This document shows positions 17,913-27,596 of a stretch of DNA of 32,000 nucleotides, in pieces. The stretch is from Xanthomonas campestris pv. campestris str. ATCC 33913. Its GTDB lineage: Bacteria > Pseudomonadota > Gammaproteobacteria > Xanthomonadales > Xanthomonadaceae. Below the pieces are notes generated by a model. It had not been told where the DNA came from and ran no database searches. It was given only the letters and a program-made list of their open reading frames with translations. How positions within the stretch are numbered: the first letter of the stretch is position 1; each line of letters begins with the position of its first letter. Location: positions 2,936,497-2,968,496 of the forward strand of contig NC_003902.1 of NCBI RefSeq assembly GCF_000007145.1, read 5' to 3'. Made by a program: the position numbers and the translations under genes.

Positions 17913-18313
17913 CGCCAGTCTTCCTTTCCGTCAGCGCGGTAGGCGATGCTAAAGCAAGACGTGCGTCTGAGAAAGCGATTTCAACGCTGCGCATGCCCGG
18001 CCGGGCTCGCCATGACACAGCGGGTGCCAAGCGATCACGGCCGCAATACCACGAAGTACGCTTTTCCCGCATTTTTTAGCGGCCTGAGGCAGGCCCTAGC
18101 CCATTCTTGACCAGCCAGCGCGAGGCGTTGGATGAAACACCGCCTTTCGCGCTGGGCTGGGCCCAAAGCCAGAGAGGACGGCTTGTCACCAGAATAAAAG
18201 CACCCGCAGACATGCAGAACTTTACTCGTTCCCAGGGGGTCACTTTGGTGTCAGTGGCAGCCATCGCTGCCGGTGTTGAACCACTCAAGTCGCTGTGCCG
18301 TCTGGACTTGTAG

Positions 18314-18388
18314 TGGTGGGCGGTACAGGGTTCGAACCTGTGACCCCTACCATGTCAAGGTAGTGCTCTACCGCTGAGCTAACCGCCC
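18314..18388 (-). tRNA. tRNA-Val (anticodon GAC), 75 nt with encoded CCA
   Basis: Reverse complement folds as GGGCGGT-TA-GCTC-AGCGGTA-GAGC-A-CTACC-TTGACAT-GGTAG-GGGTC-ACAGG-TTCGAAC-CCTGT-ACCGCCC-A-CCA. Confidence 0.95.
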
Positions 18389-18486
18389 GTTTCCTGCGTC
18401 AGCATTGCGCTGTGCAGGGCGCGCATTCTAGCGCAGGGATTTGGCTGCCACAAGCCCTCCCTGTGCGCGATCGCGGTGCTGGCACC

Positions 18487-20508
18487 TCACGCGAGGCTGG
18501 CCGCCTTGAGCTTCAGGATCTGGTCGCGGATCTGCGCCGCCGCTTCGAATTCCAGATCCTTGGCGTGCTGGTACATCTTCTGCTCGAGTGCCTTGAGCTT
18601 GCCGGCAATTTCGGCAGGCCCCATCGCGCGATAGTCGGCGGGCTCCTCGGCCACCTGGCGCGACTTCGAGCGCCCCTTGCCAGCCTTCTTCTCGGCCGCG
18701 TCTTCGCGCGCGCCTTCCATGATGTCGGAGATCGGCCGCGCGACCGACTTCGGGGTGATGCCGTGCTCAAGGTTGTACTCAACCTGCTTCTCGCGCCGGC
18801 GGTCAGTCTCGTCGATGGCCGCCTGCATCGAACGCGTCATCTTGTCGGCATAGAGGATCGCCTTGCCGCGCAGGTTGCGCGCCGCGCGCCCGATGGTCTG
18901 GATCAGCGAGCCGGTGGAGCGCAGGAAGCCTTCCTTGTCTGCGTCCAGGATCGCAACCAGCGACACCTCCGGCATGTCCAGGCCTTCGCGCAATAGATTG
19001 ATGCCGACCAGTACGTCGAACTTGCCAAGGCGCAGGTCGCGGATGATCTCTACGCGCTCTACGGTGTCGATGTCCGAGTGCAGATAGCGCACGCGGATGC
19101 CGTGCTCACCGAGGTATTCGGTGAGGTTTTCGGCCATACGCTTGGTCAAAGTGGTGACCAGCACGCGGTCGCCCAGCTTGATGCGCTCGTGCACCTCGGA
19201 CATCAGATCGTCGACCTGTGTGCCTACCGGGCGGATCTCGACCACCGGGTCGATCAAGCCGGTAGGCCGCACCACCAGCTCGGTGATCTCGCCAGCAGAT
19301 TCGCGCAGCTCGTACGGCCCCGGTGTTGCCGACACATAGATGCTACGCGGCGAACGCGCTTCCCATTCCTCAAAGCGCAACGGGCGATTGTCCAGCGCCG
19401 ACGGCAGGCGGAAGCCGAATTCCACCAGCGTTTCCTTGCGCGAGCGGTCGCCCTTGTACATTGCGCCGATCTGCGGAATGGTCACGTGCGACTCGTCGAT
19501 CACCAGCAGCGCATCCGGCGGCAAGTAGTCGAACAAGGTCGGCGGCGGCTCGCCAGGCGCCTTGCCGGTCAAGTGCCGCGAGTAGTTCTCGATGCCGTTA
19601 CAGAAGCCCACCTCGGCCATCATCTCCAGATCGAACTGGGTGCGTTGCGCCAGGCGCTGCGCCTCCACCAGCTTGTTCTGCGAATACAACTGCTCCAAGC
19701 GCTCCTTCAACTCTTCTTTGATGGTGTCGACCGCGCTCAAGGTGCGCTCGCGCGTGGTGGCGTAATGGGTCTTGGGATACACGGTGTAACGCTGCAGCTT
19801 GCGCAGCGTCTCGCCGGTCAGCGGATCGAACAGCGTCAGTTGCTCGATGTCGCCATCGAACAGTTCGATGCGCAACGCCTCGGTATCCGACTCGGCGGGA
19901 AAAACGTCAAGCACCTCGCCGCGCACACGGAACGCGCCGCGCGTGAGCTCGAACTCGTTGCGCGTGTACTGCAGATCGGTGAGATGGCGGATCAGCTGGC
20001 GCTGATCGATGTGCTCGCCGATCGAGAGAATCAGGCGCAGCGACAGATAGTCTTCTGGCGCGCCGAGGCCGTAGATCGCCGAAACCGTGGCCACCACCAG
20101 CGAGTCGCGCCGCGACAGCAGCGTCTTGGTCGCCGACAGACGCATCTGCTCGATGTGCTCGTTGATCGAGCTGTCCTTCTCGATGAAGGTGTCCGACGAC
20201 GGCACGTATGCTTCAGGCTGGTAATAGTCGTAATAGCTGACGAAGTACTCCACCGCGTTGTTCGGGAAAAACGACTTGAACTCGCCGTACAGCTGCGCCG
20301 CCAACGTCTTGTTCGGCGCCATCACTAGCGTCGGCTTCTGCACCTGCTGCACGACGTTGGCGATGGTGTAGGTCTTACCCGAACCCGTCACCCCCAGCAG
20401 CGTCTGCTTGGCCAGCCCCGCCTCGAAGTTGGCCACCAACTTGTCGATGGCCGCAGGTTGGTCGCCGGCTGGGGAATACGGGGATACAAGCTCAAAGCGG
20501 TCGGTCAT
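18487..20508 (-). CDS. uvrB: Excinuclease ABC subunit B (673 aa)
   Basis: [21 protein letters not shown]...[16 protein letters not shown], helicase motifs, and the C-terminal UVR motif (..[24 protein letters not shown]). The ORF-track start at 20607 adds 33 non-homologous residues. The ATG at 20508 is preferred. Confidence 0.95.
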   Translation of the reverse strand: MTDRFELVSPYSPAGDQPAAIDKLVANFEAGLAKQTLLGVTGSGKTYTIANVVQQVQKPTLVMAPNKTLAAQLYGEFKSFFPNNAVEYFVSYYDYYQPEAYVPSSDTFIEKDSSINEHIEQMRLSATKTLLSRRDSLVVATVSAIYGLGAPEDYLSLRLILSIGEHIDQRQLIRHLTDLQYTRNEFELTRGAFRVRGEVLDVFPAESDTEALRIELFDGDIEQLTLFDPLTGETLRKLQRYTVYPKTHYATTRERTLSAVDTIKEELKERLEQLYSQNKLVEAQRLAQRTQFDLEMMAEVGFCNGIENYSRHLTGKAPGEPPPTLFDYLPPDALLVIDESHVTIPQIGAMYKGDRSRKETLVEFGFRLPSALDNRPLRFEEWEARSPRSIYVSATPGPYELRESAGEITELVVRPTGLIDPVVEIRPVGTQVDDLMSEVHERIKLGDRVLVTTLTKRMAENLTEYLGEHGIRVRYLHSDIDTVERVEIIRDLRLGKFDVLVGINLLREGLDMPEVSLVAILDADKEGFLRSTGSLIQTIGRAARNLRGKAILYADKMTRSMQAAIDETDRRREKQVEYNLEHGITPKSVARPISDIMEGAREDAAEKKAGKGRSKSRQVAEEPADYRAMGPAEIAGKLKALEQKMYQHAKDLEFEAAAQIRDQILKLKAASLA

Positions 20509-20647
20509 GGAGCAACTCTCGGGGGAGGACAGTACGAAACAACGGAGGTCTTTGAAGGTAGAAACCTGACAGCACGCCAGGCCAAAGCCCCCTGCTGCAC
20601 CACGCAATCACCGCAGAGACTGCTACTCCAGCCAACGGAGAGGCGCG

Positions 20648-21199
20648 ATGCAGACAGGACCTCAGTCACCCGCAAAAGGGTACACGGCAACCGAGCTACT
20701 CATCGTGATGGCAGTGCTCGGCCTGCTTGCCGCAATTGCGCTGCCGAGCTTCAGCAGCCTGATCGAGCGGCAGCGGTTGCAGACCCGCGTCCACCTACTC
20801 ACGGCACATCTGGCATTGGCCAGAAGTATGGCGATCATGCGCCGGACTGCGATCAGCGTTTGCCCCTCCTCAGATGGAACCATGTGCCGAACAGACAGCA
20901 ACTGGTCCGCAGGGTGGATCCTTTTTGCGGATCCCGCCAACGCAGGCCAACCAAGCAGCGCACTGTCCGTCTTGAGAGTTGAACAACACGCGACGACGCA
21001 GAGCTTGAGTGTCACGAGCACAGCAGGAAGGCCGCTGATCCGCTTCATGCCTGATGGTCGCAGCGGCGGCAGCAACGCCACGATCAGCCTCTGCATCCAG
21101 TCAGAGCGAGTGGCCGACATCGTGATCAACAACTCTGGCAGAGCACGATCCGTTCGCTACCCAGTGATGCAGAGCTGTCCGGCACCTGCGCAGACATAA
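20648..21199 (+). CDS. fimT: GspH/FimT-family type IV minor pilin (183 aa)
   Basis: Prepilin-type N-terminus ..KG/YTATELLIVMAVLGLLAAIALPSF and a GspH-like body. C-terminal ..SGRARSVRY (GRxR). SD ggagagg 5 nt upstream. Confidence 0.85.
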   Translation: MQTGPQSPAKGYTATELLIVMAVLGLLAAIALPSFSSLIERQRLQTRVHLLTAHLALARSMAIMRRTAISVCPSSDGTMCRTDSNWSAGWILFADPANAGQPSSALSVLRVEQHATTQSLSVTSTAGRPLIRFMPDGRSGGSNATISLCIQSERVADIVINNSGRARSVRYPVMQSCPAPAQT

Positions 21200-21202
21200 A
21201 AC

Positions 21203-21232
21203 AAGAAGGCCGCGACTAGTCGCGGCCTTCTT
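21203..21232. terminator. Bidirectional intrinsic terminator (14-bp perfect stem)
   Basis: aagaaggccgcgac-ta-gtcgcggccttctt. On the minus-strand transcript it is followed by GUUUUAUG, which would terminate tRNA-Asn and the pil operon. It lies 4 nt after the fimT stop on the plus strand. Confidence 0.8.
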
Positions 21233-21240
21233 GAACATCT

Positions 21241-21317
21241 TGGCGCCCGAAGTTGGACTCGAACCAACGACCCCCTGATTAACAGTCAAGTGCTCTAACC
21301 GGCTGAGCTATTCGGGC
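21241..21317 (-). tRNA. tRNA-Asn (anticodon GTT), 77 nt with encoded CCA
   Basis: Reverse complement: GCCCGAA-TA-GCTC-AGCCGGTTA-GAGC-A-CTTGA-CTGTTAA-TCAGG-GGGTC-GTTGG-TTCGAGT-CCAAC-TTCGGGC-G-CCA. Confidence 0.95.
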
Positions 21318-21379
21318 GGGGAGGCGTATTCTAGACAGGCTACCCTGAAGATGCAACCCCTAATCCGCCAGTCTTTACA

Positions 21380-21826
21380 TCACCAACAGTCGGACTTGGT
21401 GCCCTTGGAATTGGACTTCCTTGAGGCTTGATCAATGCCAAGGTCGCCGCACTTGTCTTGCACTTGGTTGCCCTGTGCGGTCGCAGAGATCGAGAAGGTC
21501 GACTGGGTGGTTTGAAGAGCGAGCCGATACGCGGCTGTTCCTTCCTCCCGAGGCGAAACTTGCGTTGGCAGCGAAAAATTAACGTAGGTATTTCGTACGG
21601 TGTAGAACCTTACCGCTAACTGCGCATACTCGACGAGATCGGCCTTAGCCTGCGCCCGCCGGGACTTACGGACATACTCGGCGTAGCTCGGATACGCAAT
21701 GGCAGACAAGATCGCTATTACCGCTACGACGATCATCAACTCAATCAATGTGAACCCGGAAACGGCTCGTCCCGATTTCCGCACTGGCGCCACACGCCCC
21801 CTAACTGCTTGCAAGAACGTTGTCAT
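21380..21826 (-). CDS. pilE: Type IV pilin-like protein PilE (148 aa from the ATGA-coupled ATG)
   Basis: ..SG/FTLIELMIVVAVIAILSAIAYPSY prepilin motif and a C-terminal Cys pair (DKCGD...SDCW). The ATG at 21826 overlaps the pilY1 stop (ATGA) but gives a 24-aa leader. An internal GTG (leader MRKSGRAVSG) is an alternative. The ORF-track start at 21910 is rejected. Confidence 0.85.
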   Translation of the reverse strand: MTTFLQAVRGRVAPVRKSGRAVSGFTLIELMIVVAVIAILSAIAYPSYAEYVRKSRRAQAKADLVEYAQLAVRFYTVRNTYVNFSLPTQVSPREEGTAAYRLALQTTQSTFSISATAQGNQVQDKCGDLGIDQASRKSNSKGTKSDCW

Positions 21827-23462
21827 TGGACCTGCCTCCAGGACTGCCTGCCGCATGGGTAAGGGATATAGAGCGGGCCAGACCCGGCGGCAGTGACGAC
21901 CATCCAGCAAGCCTGCCCGCCAGGCGCACTACCACTCTCAGCCGGAGACAACCGAGGAATCGCGGAGACTCCAACATCCTTGACTGGCGCATTACCGCTC
22001 GTGGTCAGCGGCGTCGCAGCAGTTCTCGAGGCAAAGCTGGCGCCTGTAGGAGATCCTTTACGTGCGTCCATCAAAGCACCATCCCCAGTCCGCGTATCCA
22101 AGCCGAACAACCAGTTTGCACCATCTGGTTTGCAACCTGAACTCACCACCGCAGGCGTATAGGTTGGAATAAACACAATTCCGGACGCAATCGAGGGGCT
22201 ACCAACCATCCGCTCCTTCGCTGGCAAATCCACATACCAGCCTTGTGAGTTAGCCGGAGCTGCGGCCCGGCTCAATGTCCGATCACCATCCTGAACAACC
22301 GTACTTCCTCGCAAATTCGCCCGCGTTGCCGTGGTCAGCGGCGCACCTCTGACGGTGTCATTTACACCGTAAAGCGATTGAATTGCTTCGTCCTTTGGGT
22401 CACTTTCAAAAGAAAAACTTCCGGTACCAAAGAAAAGCATCACACCGCCTGCGTCTCCGGCAGTAGCCACAAGCCCTCCTGTAATAGGTTGCCGATAGGT
22501 CTGTCCGCTCTCAACGGATGTTCTGGTGGTAAAAAATGGCACGGTGACTGATGCTGCCGAACTGCGGAGATCGAATTTCCAGATAGCACCCTTCTGGTCG
22601 GCGCCATAAACTGTGTCCGCATAGCCATCCCGCACCCCGTCAGTCTGCGATGCCCCACCCCACCGATCCACAACAACTATATTCCCTAGCCCGTTGCTAC
22701 CAGCAATCGTACTACCGGTCTCTGTCGCTTCGATCATCGTAACGGCAGGCGCACCTGTCTTAATATCCACAACAAACAAGACTGCCTTACCATTTCGGCT
22801 ATTGTAGCCATTACCGAAAATCGCTTTCCACGTAACAGCTCCTGCAGCATTCTTGACCGGGACGATGACCGGCTTTCCGAGCACATGACCGATATTGTTC
22901 CTGATGGCAGTCGAAAGACTGGAGTCAAGATCACTTATTTCCCACAGCTTACTGGAAGTTGAGAAATTCGAAGGATTGGTCACATCCAATGCGAATATAC
23001 TACGCCCACCTGCCCCCGCGGCACCGACCACAACCGTCTTCCAACTGCCAGCATAATTAGCGTCACCCACGACGACGGGACCATCCACGTAATAACGGTG
23101 CTCGTACTCAGTGGTTCTGTTGGTGGGGTCCGAGGGCAAAAGGAGATTACCCATATGCCCTAAAGCAGTCGCAGGAATATAAGCAAAACGTTCAAGCCCT
23201 CCGCTTGCATCCATCGAGCCATCTGCCGTCATACCCGCATCAAAAGCATGAAGCATGCCGTCATTCGCACCGACATAAACTGTATATCGTCCCGACGCAG
23301 ACTTTGCGCTAAGATAAGAGCCATAGGTCGTTCCCAACGCATCTGGCAAAGCCCGATAGCCATAATCATCCATGGGCGCACTGATAACCGGAGCTGAATT
23401 AATTATATCACCCAAGCGAGAAGTGCGATCACGGAAACCACCACTATTTCTGACCTCATTAG
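21823..23462 (-). pseudogene. pilY1: pilY1 C-terminal fragment (PilY1 beta-propeller-type domain)
   Basis: ..NEVRNSGGFRDRTSRLGDIINSAPV.. onward is PilY1-like. The first 11 codons of the ORF-track ORF (MVLEGGFSGAT) are encoded by the IS end. Confidence 0.9.
23455..23462. repeat. 8-bp target-site duplication ctcattag (left copy)
   Basis: Identical octamer abuts both IS ends (23455-23462 and 24967-24974). An alternative reading is 21-bp IRs with a 4-bp CATT duplication. Confidence 0.7.
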
Positions 23463-24966
23463 TCGCCCCTGAAAAACCCCCTTCAAGCACCAAGTGTCAT
23501 CGGCGACAGCGGCACGGCGCTAAAGGATGGCCATCCCATCGCCCGCATCCAGGCACGCAAAAACGCGATCCAGCGCAGCAGCCAGCGCAGGTTGTAGCCG
23601 GCGGCGCAGCCGAGTACGTGCAGCGCATCGCCTTGTGCACCTTTCAGCCTGCAGCGACGCAACCTGCAGTCGTCTTTCAGATGTCCGATCACCGGTTCCA
23701 CCGCCTGCCGTCGTTTGATCCAGCGCCATTGCCGTCGCGTCAGCGTCTTGGCCTTGCCACGATGGAGCACCTGCACGCCATCGACCTCGCGCCCGCGATA
23801 GCCCAGGTCCACGATCGCCACCGTCGGTTCTACGCTCAGATCCTGCAGCAACCCGCGTGTCTGCTCCAGCTGCTCGGCCAAGGTGTCGCCGTCGTACGGG
23901 TTGCCCGGGAAGCTACGCGCACCCACGACCAATCCCTTGCAGGCGGTGACCGCAATGCCGACCTTGACGCCGAATTCGTACGCTTGACGCGCCTTGCCCT
24001 TACCGATGCATTCCACTTCCGGGGCATGCAATGCGTACAGTTTTTGTTTGTCCTTCGGACGCTGCGTGTACAGCCGTTGCGCACGTTCCAGCCAGACCGC
24101 GATGCGCTCGCGCACGCCGGGTTCCACCTGGTCCAGCTTGCGCGCGATATCGCGCAACACCCGCCCCAAGACCGTGCGTTGACGTCGCAGCACGCGCTGC
24201 ATGCGCTTGAACTGGCGTGCATGCGCATAGCGGCCCGCCTTGCGGCTCAGGGCCGGACCTTGCCGTGCGTAGCTCTGCCGCAACCCGATGCCGTAACGCT
24301 TGGCCAGCAGCACCAGTTTCTTGCGTGCCACCTCCAGCAACCGACTATCGGTCGGATAGGCAATCGCCTTTTCCTGCACCGTGGTGTCCACGATCACCCG
24401 CGACAACTCGCGTGCGTCCACCGCCTGCATGGCATGTGCAGCGTTGATGGTGTGTGCCAGCAACTCTTCCATCCCCGCTTCGTCAAGCCGCTGACGCCAG
24501 CGCGTCAGCGAGCTGGCATCGCACGGCAAGCGCGTCTGGAACACGACCTCGCCAGTGAAAAACTGCCAATACGGATTTTCCAGCCAACGCTCGCACACCG
24601 CCTCATCGGACAGGTCGTAGGCGTGTTTGAGGTAGAGCAAACCGGCGATCAGCCGCACCGGCAATGCCGGCCGACCGCCACCAGCCTGGGTGGCCGGCAA
24701 GCGCGATGAAAGTGCTTGCTCCAACGCCGTCCACGGCATCCGTTGGCTCAGCTGCGCCAGCGGATGCCGCAGATCGATCTGGTTCTCCAGGCGCGAACGA
24801 AACAACTCCTCGGCAGGCATGTGCTCGGCAGCAGGACGGCGTGTATGCATGAGTGGAAATTGCCAGAAACCAGCCTTCAGCGTAGCGAAAACTGGTAGTT
24901 CTGGCACGCCACTGCAGACATCAAGGCCTTGCGGGCGTTGGGTGATTGGGGGTTTTTCAGGGGCGA
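23463..24966 (-). mobile_element. 1,504-bp insertion sequence (IS5-superfamily-type transposase) inserted in pilY1
   Basis: Perfect 19-bp terminal inverted repeats: tcgcccctgaaaaaccccc (23463-23481) and gggggtttttcaggggcga (24948-24966). Flanking direct repeat. A single long transposase ORF. Confidence 0.9.
23483..24907 (-). CDS. DDE transposase (up to 474 aa; start uncertain: GTG 24907, ATG 24850 or ATG 24820)
   Basis: InsH-N-terminal-like region (RPALPVRLIAGLLYLKHAYDLSDEAV..RWLENPYWQFF). DDE region (VIVDTTVQEKAIAYPTDSRLL ... VDLGYRG ... RQAVEPVIGHLK). The exact ISfinder family cannot be assigned by eye. Confidence 0.85.
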   Translation of the reverse strand: MPELPVFATLKAGFWQFPLMHTRRPAAEHMPAEELFRSRLENQIDLRHPLAQLSQRMPWTALEQALSSRLPATQAGGGRPALPVRLIAGLLYLKHAYDLSDEAVCERWLENPYWQFFTGEVVFQTRLPCDASSLTRWRQRLDEAGMEELLAHTINAAHAMQAVDARELSRVIVDTTVQEKAIAYPTDSRLLEVARKKLVLLAKRYGIGLRQSYARQGPALSRKAGRYAHARQFKRMQRVLRRQRTVLGRVLRDIARKLDQVEPGVRERIAVWLERAQRLYTQRPKDKQKLYALHAPEVECIGKGKARQAYEFGVKVGIAVTACKGLVVGARSFPGNPYDGDTLAEQLEQTRGLLQDLSVEPTVAIVDLGYRGREVDGVQVLHRGKAKTLTRRQWRWIKRRQAVEPVIGHLKDDCRLRRCRLKGAQGDALHVLGCAAGYNLRWLLRWIAFLRAWMRAMGWPSFSAVPLSPMTLGA

Positions 24967-24974
24967 CTCATTAG
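24967..24974. repeat. 8-bp target-site duplication ctcattag (right copy)
   Basis: See the left copy at 23455-23462. Confidence 0.7.
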
Positions 24975-27063
24975 CAGGATCTCCTCTCAAATAAGCGATA
25001 GCCGTCCGCGCAGTCGCACCGATGGAGGTTAGACCGGCCTCAGAACACTTCGACATTGAAGGATAAAGCCCGGCCGGCTTTGAACACAAGTCAGCCAACG
25101 AAATACTTGTGTCATTGAACGCGGCAGCAACCCCTGCCTCGTTCACAATAATATTCCGAGATGCCGGGGTCATTGCGGCAAGACGGGCGCTGGCCTCCCA
25201 TACTGGTGTCGTTATGGGTAGCCGGGATTGCGGATCAAGTGAGACGCGACTCCCGATTAGACGACTGTACCAGTCCGTGCCATCTGTCCCGATTTGATAG
25301 GCTGGCGCCACAGCAAATGATCCGTTCCCGATTCGCGCCCCAGTCTGCGCAGCGGTACCAGATGGCGACTCTCCCGCCGTCACAGATGTAATGACGCGAT
25401 CGATCGCAGCGGTGACGTCCGCTGGCGTTCTAGCATTAATGTAATCCCCACGGGTATTAATAGCAGCATGCCAAATATCGTCAACAGTCGCAGGATCGTT
25501 ATCTGACCGTGCAGGCCAGTTCCGATAAATGGCAGCATCCGTGTACGCGTCCTGCACTATGTCCGGATTAAAGAGGTTTCCACGTGCGCCAAGCGTAACT
25601 CCATAAAAATTGATGTGGAGATTTTTTTGGCAGTCGAGTCGCACACTGGGTGCCGCAGCACAGGCACTCGGCACGGGAACTAAACCCGCAGGCAAATCCG
25701 GTCGCAGCGGAGATCTCCCAGCAACATCGTTATAATACTTAGCTGCAATATCCCCCATCGTATTGTCATAGGTATCGCTAAAAGGGGGGCCCATTCCGCC
25801 GTCACCTTGCGCATTGGTTGCACCTGCAGAACCGCCAGGGTTATTATTGTAACCATCAGTAAAAAGCATTACCGCATTTTTTTGACACGCGAATTGAATG
25901 GGAGATCCAGTATCGGTTCTCTGAAACTGTATCCCTGCAGCATTCACGGCCTCACGGTTAGGCGTACCCCCACTAGCCGTAAGCGCAATCATCTCAGCAT
26001 AAAGAGCCTTTCTTTGAGTATCGTTACCCATGGTCCGCATTGGTAACGCATCGCTTACTGAATCGAAGCTAGCGTGCTGATTGATACGAAAATAGCCAAC
26101 GCGCAGATCCTGCCTCACATTGACCAAAGAGCGCGTCAGACCCGCGACGATTGCTTTATTACGATTCCCATAAAAAGAGAACCAATTAGCAAAATTCCGC
26201 AAGGCGTCAGTGGAGCTTGCATTAATTGTGTACTTCCACAAATCGCAACCTTGCCCGCAAGCATTAGCTACTCTGATTCGAGGAGTGTCCACACTGTTGT
26301 ATGCGTTGACCGAGCCCGGAAGAACCGGAAACGGATCATTATTAGACGTGTAGGGAGTGAAAAATACCGAGCGAACTGTAGAAATCAGCACATCTGCTGG
26401 ACCAGCAGTCCATTCAGATCCATTCGCGGTTTGAGTTCCGCCCAAATTATTTCCGCTATAGACCCTATAGCGGGTGCCCACTGGAATCACCATCCCATTT
26501 TGCATTCTAGACGAATCGGAACGATCGCCCCAAATCAAATTTTGCGTAAGATTTACAGTTGCGGTATATGTTGGTCGAGGGTCGATTGGTGTAGCAGTCG
26601 TGCTTGCATCCCCCCAGGACTCCTTCCCGTCTTCCTTAATCCATGGATCATATACTACACGAGGATTGTAGTAAGTCGGGTTGTAGGCAGCCGACCTTGC
26701 AAATCCATAGAGATCAATAGGTGGCACGCCAAGCCGACTAGTATCGATTCTAGGACCAACCATCACATGATTGTAACCGCAAAGACCGCTAGTATTAAGG
26801 GCTCCAGCCGACGAAAAAAAGCTTTCTCGGGCAGTGCTCCAGCACCCTTGTCCGTCAGCTCCGGGAAACTGCGTTTGAAAGGTCATAGAACCAGAGTCGT
26901 CTACCGCCATAATGAATGCTGGCGGGATAGACAACTGGTTATTAAGCGGCTCCTGCGCCAGGATTCCCTGGCCTTGCGCAGCAACCAGCATATAGACCAA
27001 GCCCAGCCCAAGCAGGCTGACCATAGTGGAGGCAGCAATAAGCTTTACTTTGCGCGATGGCAT
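24967..27063 (-). pseudogene. pilY1: pilY1 N-terminal fragment (signal peptide + vWA-like domain), 699 native codons
   Basis: Signal peptide MPSRKVKLIAASTMVSLLGLGLVYMLVAA. MIDAS-like AVDDSGSM and ..VMLFTDGYNN.. Native sequence ends ..AYLRGDPANE. The last 29 codons of the ORF-track ORF are IS-encoded. Confidence 0.9.
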
Positions 27064-27075
27064 GACTGTAGGCCT

Positions 27076-27594
27076 TTAAAGCTTGAAGACGGTATCAATG
27101 GCGGACCTCGACGAGGCGTTTGTCTCATCGTCCACGGAAACGCCTGTGATTTGAAAGATCGGCGACGCAGAATCCATCGGCGGCCCCATCCCAATGCTCG
27201 CCTCGCCCTCGATACACTGGTCTATCTGACGTACATTTGTGGCCTCGATCGAGGTCTGCTCGCGGGCCCACAGCACCGGGTCAAAACCATCATCGCATCC
27301 GCGTTTTATGCTGGCAGAGGTCACCGTACTGCCAGTTGGTAGCGCGGTGCGGTTGGAAATCGCCTCAACTGACGCCTCGCCGTTACGTACGACACCCTCC
27401 GCTTGCTGGAAAGCACGGTTAACGGCACGGTAGTTGGATGCCATCTTTTCCTGCATCCCTGCCACCTGCATTGCAGAAATACCTAACAACGCAAGCAGAA
27501 TCAACATGATCAGGGCGACATACAGAACAGCGCCCCTCTGCCGACTACGCGAGGACAAAGATACTTTATTCACGAGTGTGCGCTGAGGATTCAT
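27076..27594 (-). CDS. pilX: Type IV pilus minor pilin/assembly protein PilX (172 aa)
   Basis: PilX N-terminal motif QRGAVLYVALIMLILLALLGISAMQ. Position between pilW and pilY1. Confidence 0.85.
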   Translation of the reverse strand: MNPQRTLVNKVSLSSRSRQRGAVLYVALIMLILLALLGISAMQVAGMQEKMASNYRAVNRAFQQAEGVVRNGEASVEAISNRTALPTGSTVTSASIKRGCDDGFDPVLWAREQTSIEATNVRQIDQCIEGEASIGMGPPMDSASPIFQITGVSVDDETNASSRSAIDTVFKL

Positions 27595-27596
27595 GA

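Noticed and set aside
17913-18313. Small ORFs (18076-18288 minus, 18107-18313 plus, 17848-18072 minus) and a possible integrase or att remnant between orf80 and tRNA-Val
   Set aside because: They have no SD and no recombinase motifs. I could not find a direct repeat of the tRNA-Val 3' end near the other end of the T4SS region (5500-6860) by eye.
19078-20328. 416-aa ORF on the plus strand opposite uvrB. Similar long antisense ORFs lie at 2739-3716, 4785-5564, 23372-24709, 26074-27342 and 30596-31753, and an alternative-frame ORF at 1066-1848.
   Set aside because: Each lies entirely opposite, or out of frame with, a gene that has strong motif support. Their translations are Arg/Ala/His-rich low-information sequence typical of non-coding frames, and no SD or family motifs are visible.
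20509-20607. 33-codon N-terminal extension of uvrB in the ORF track ([14 protein letters not shown]...)
   Set aside because: The conserved UvrB N-terminus begins at [11 protein letters not shown] (ATG at 20508). The extension has no homology-like features and would run into the fimT promoter region.
20509-20647. Searched the uvrB/fimT divergent promoter region for a Xanthomonas-type LexA box (TTAG-N6-TACTA)
   Set aside because: No such sequence is present, so no SOS-box claim is made.
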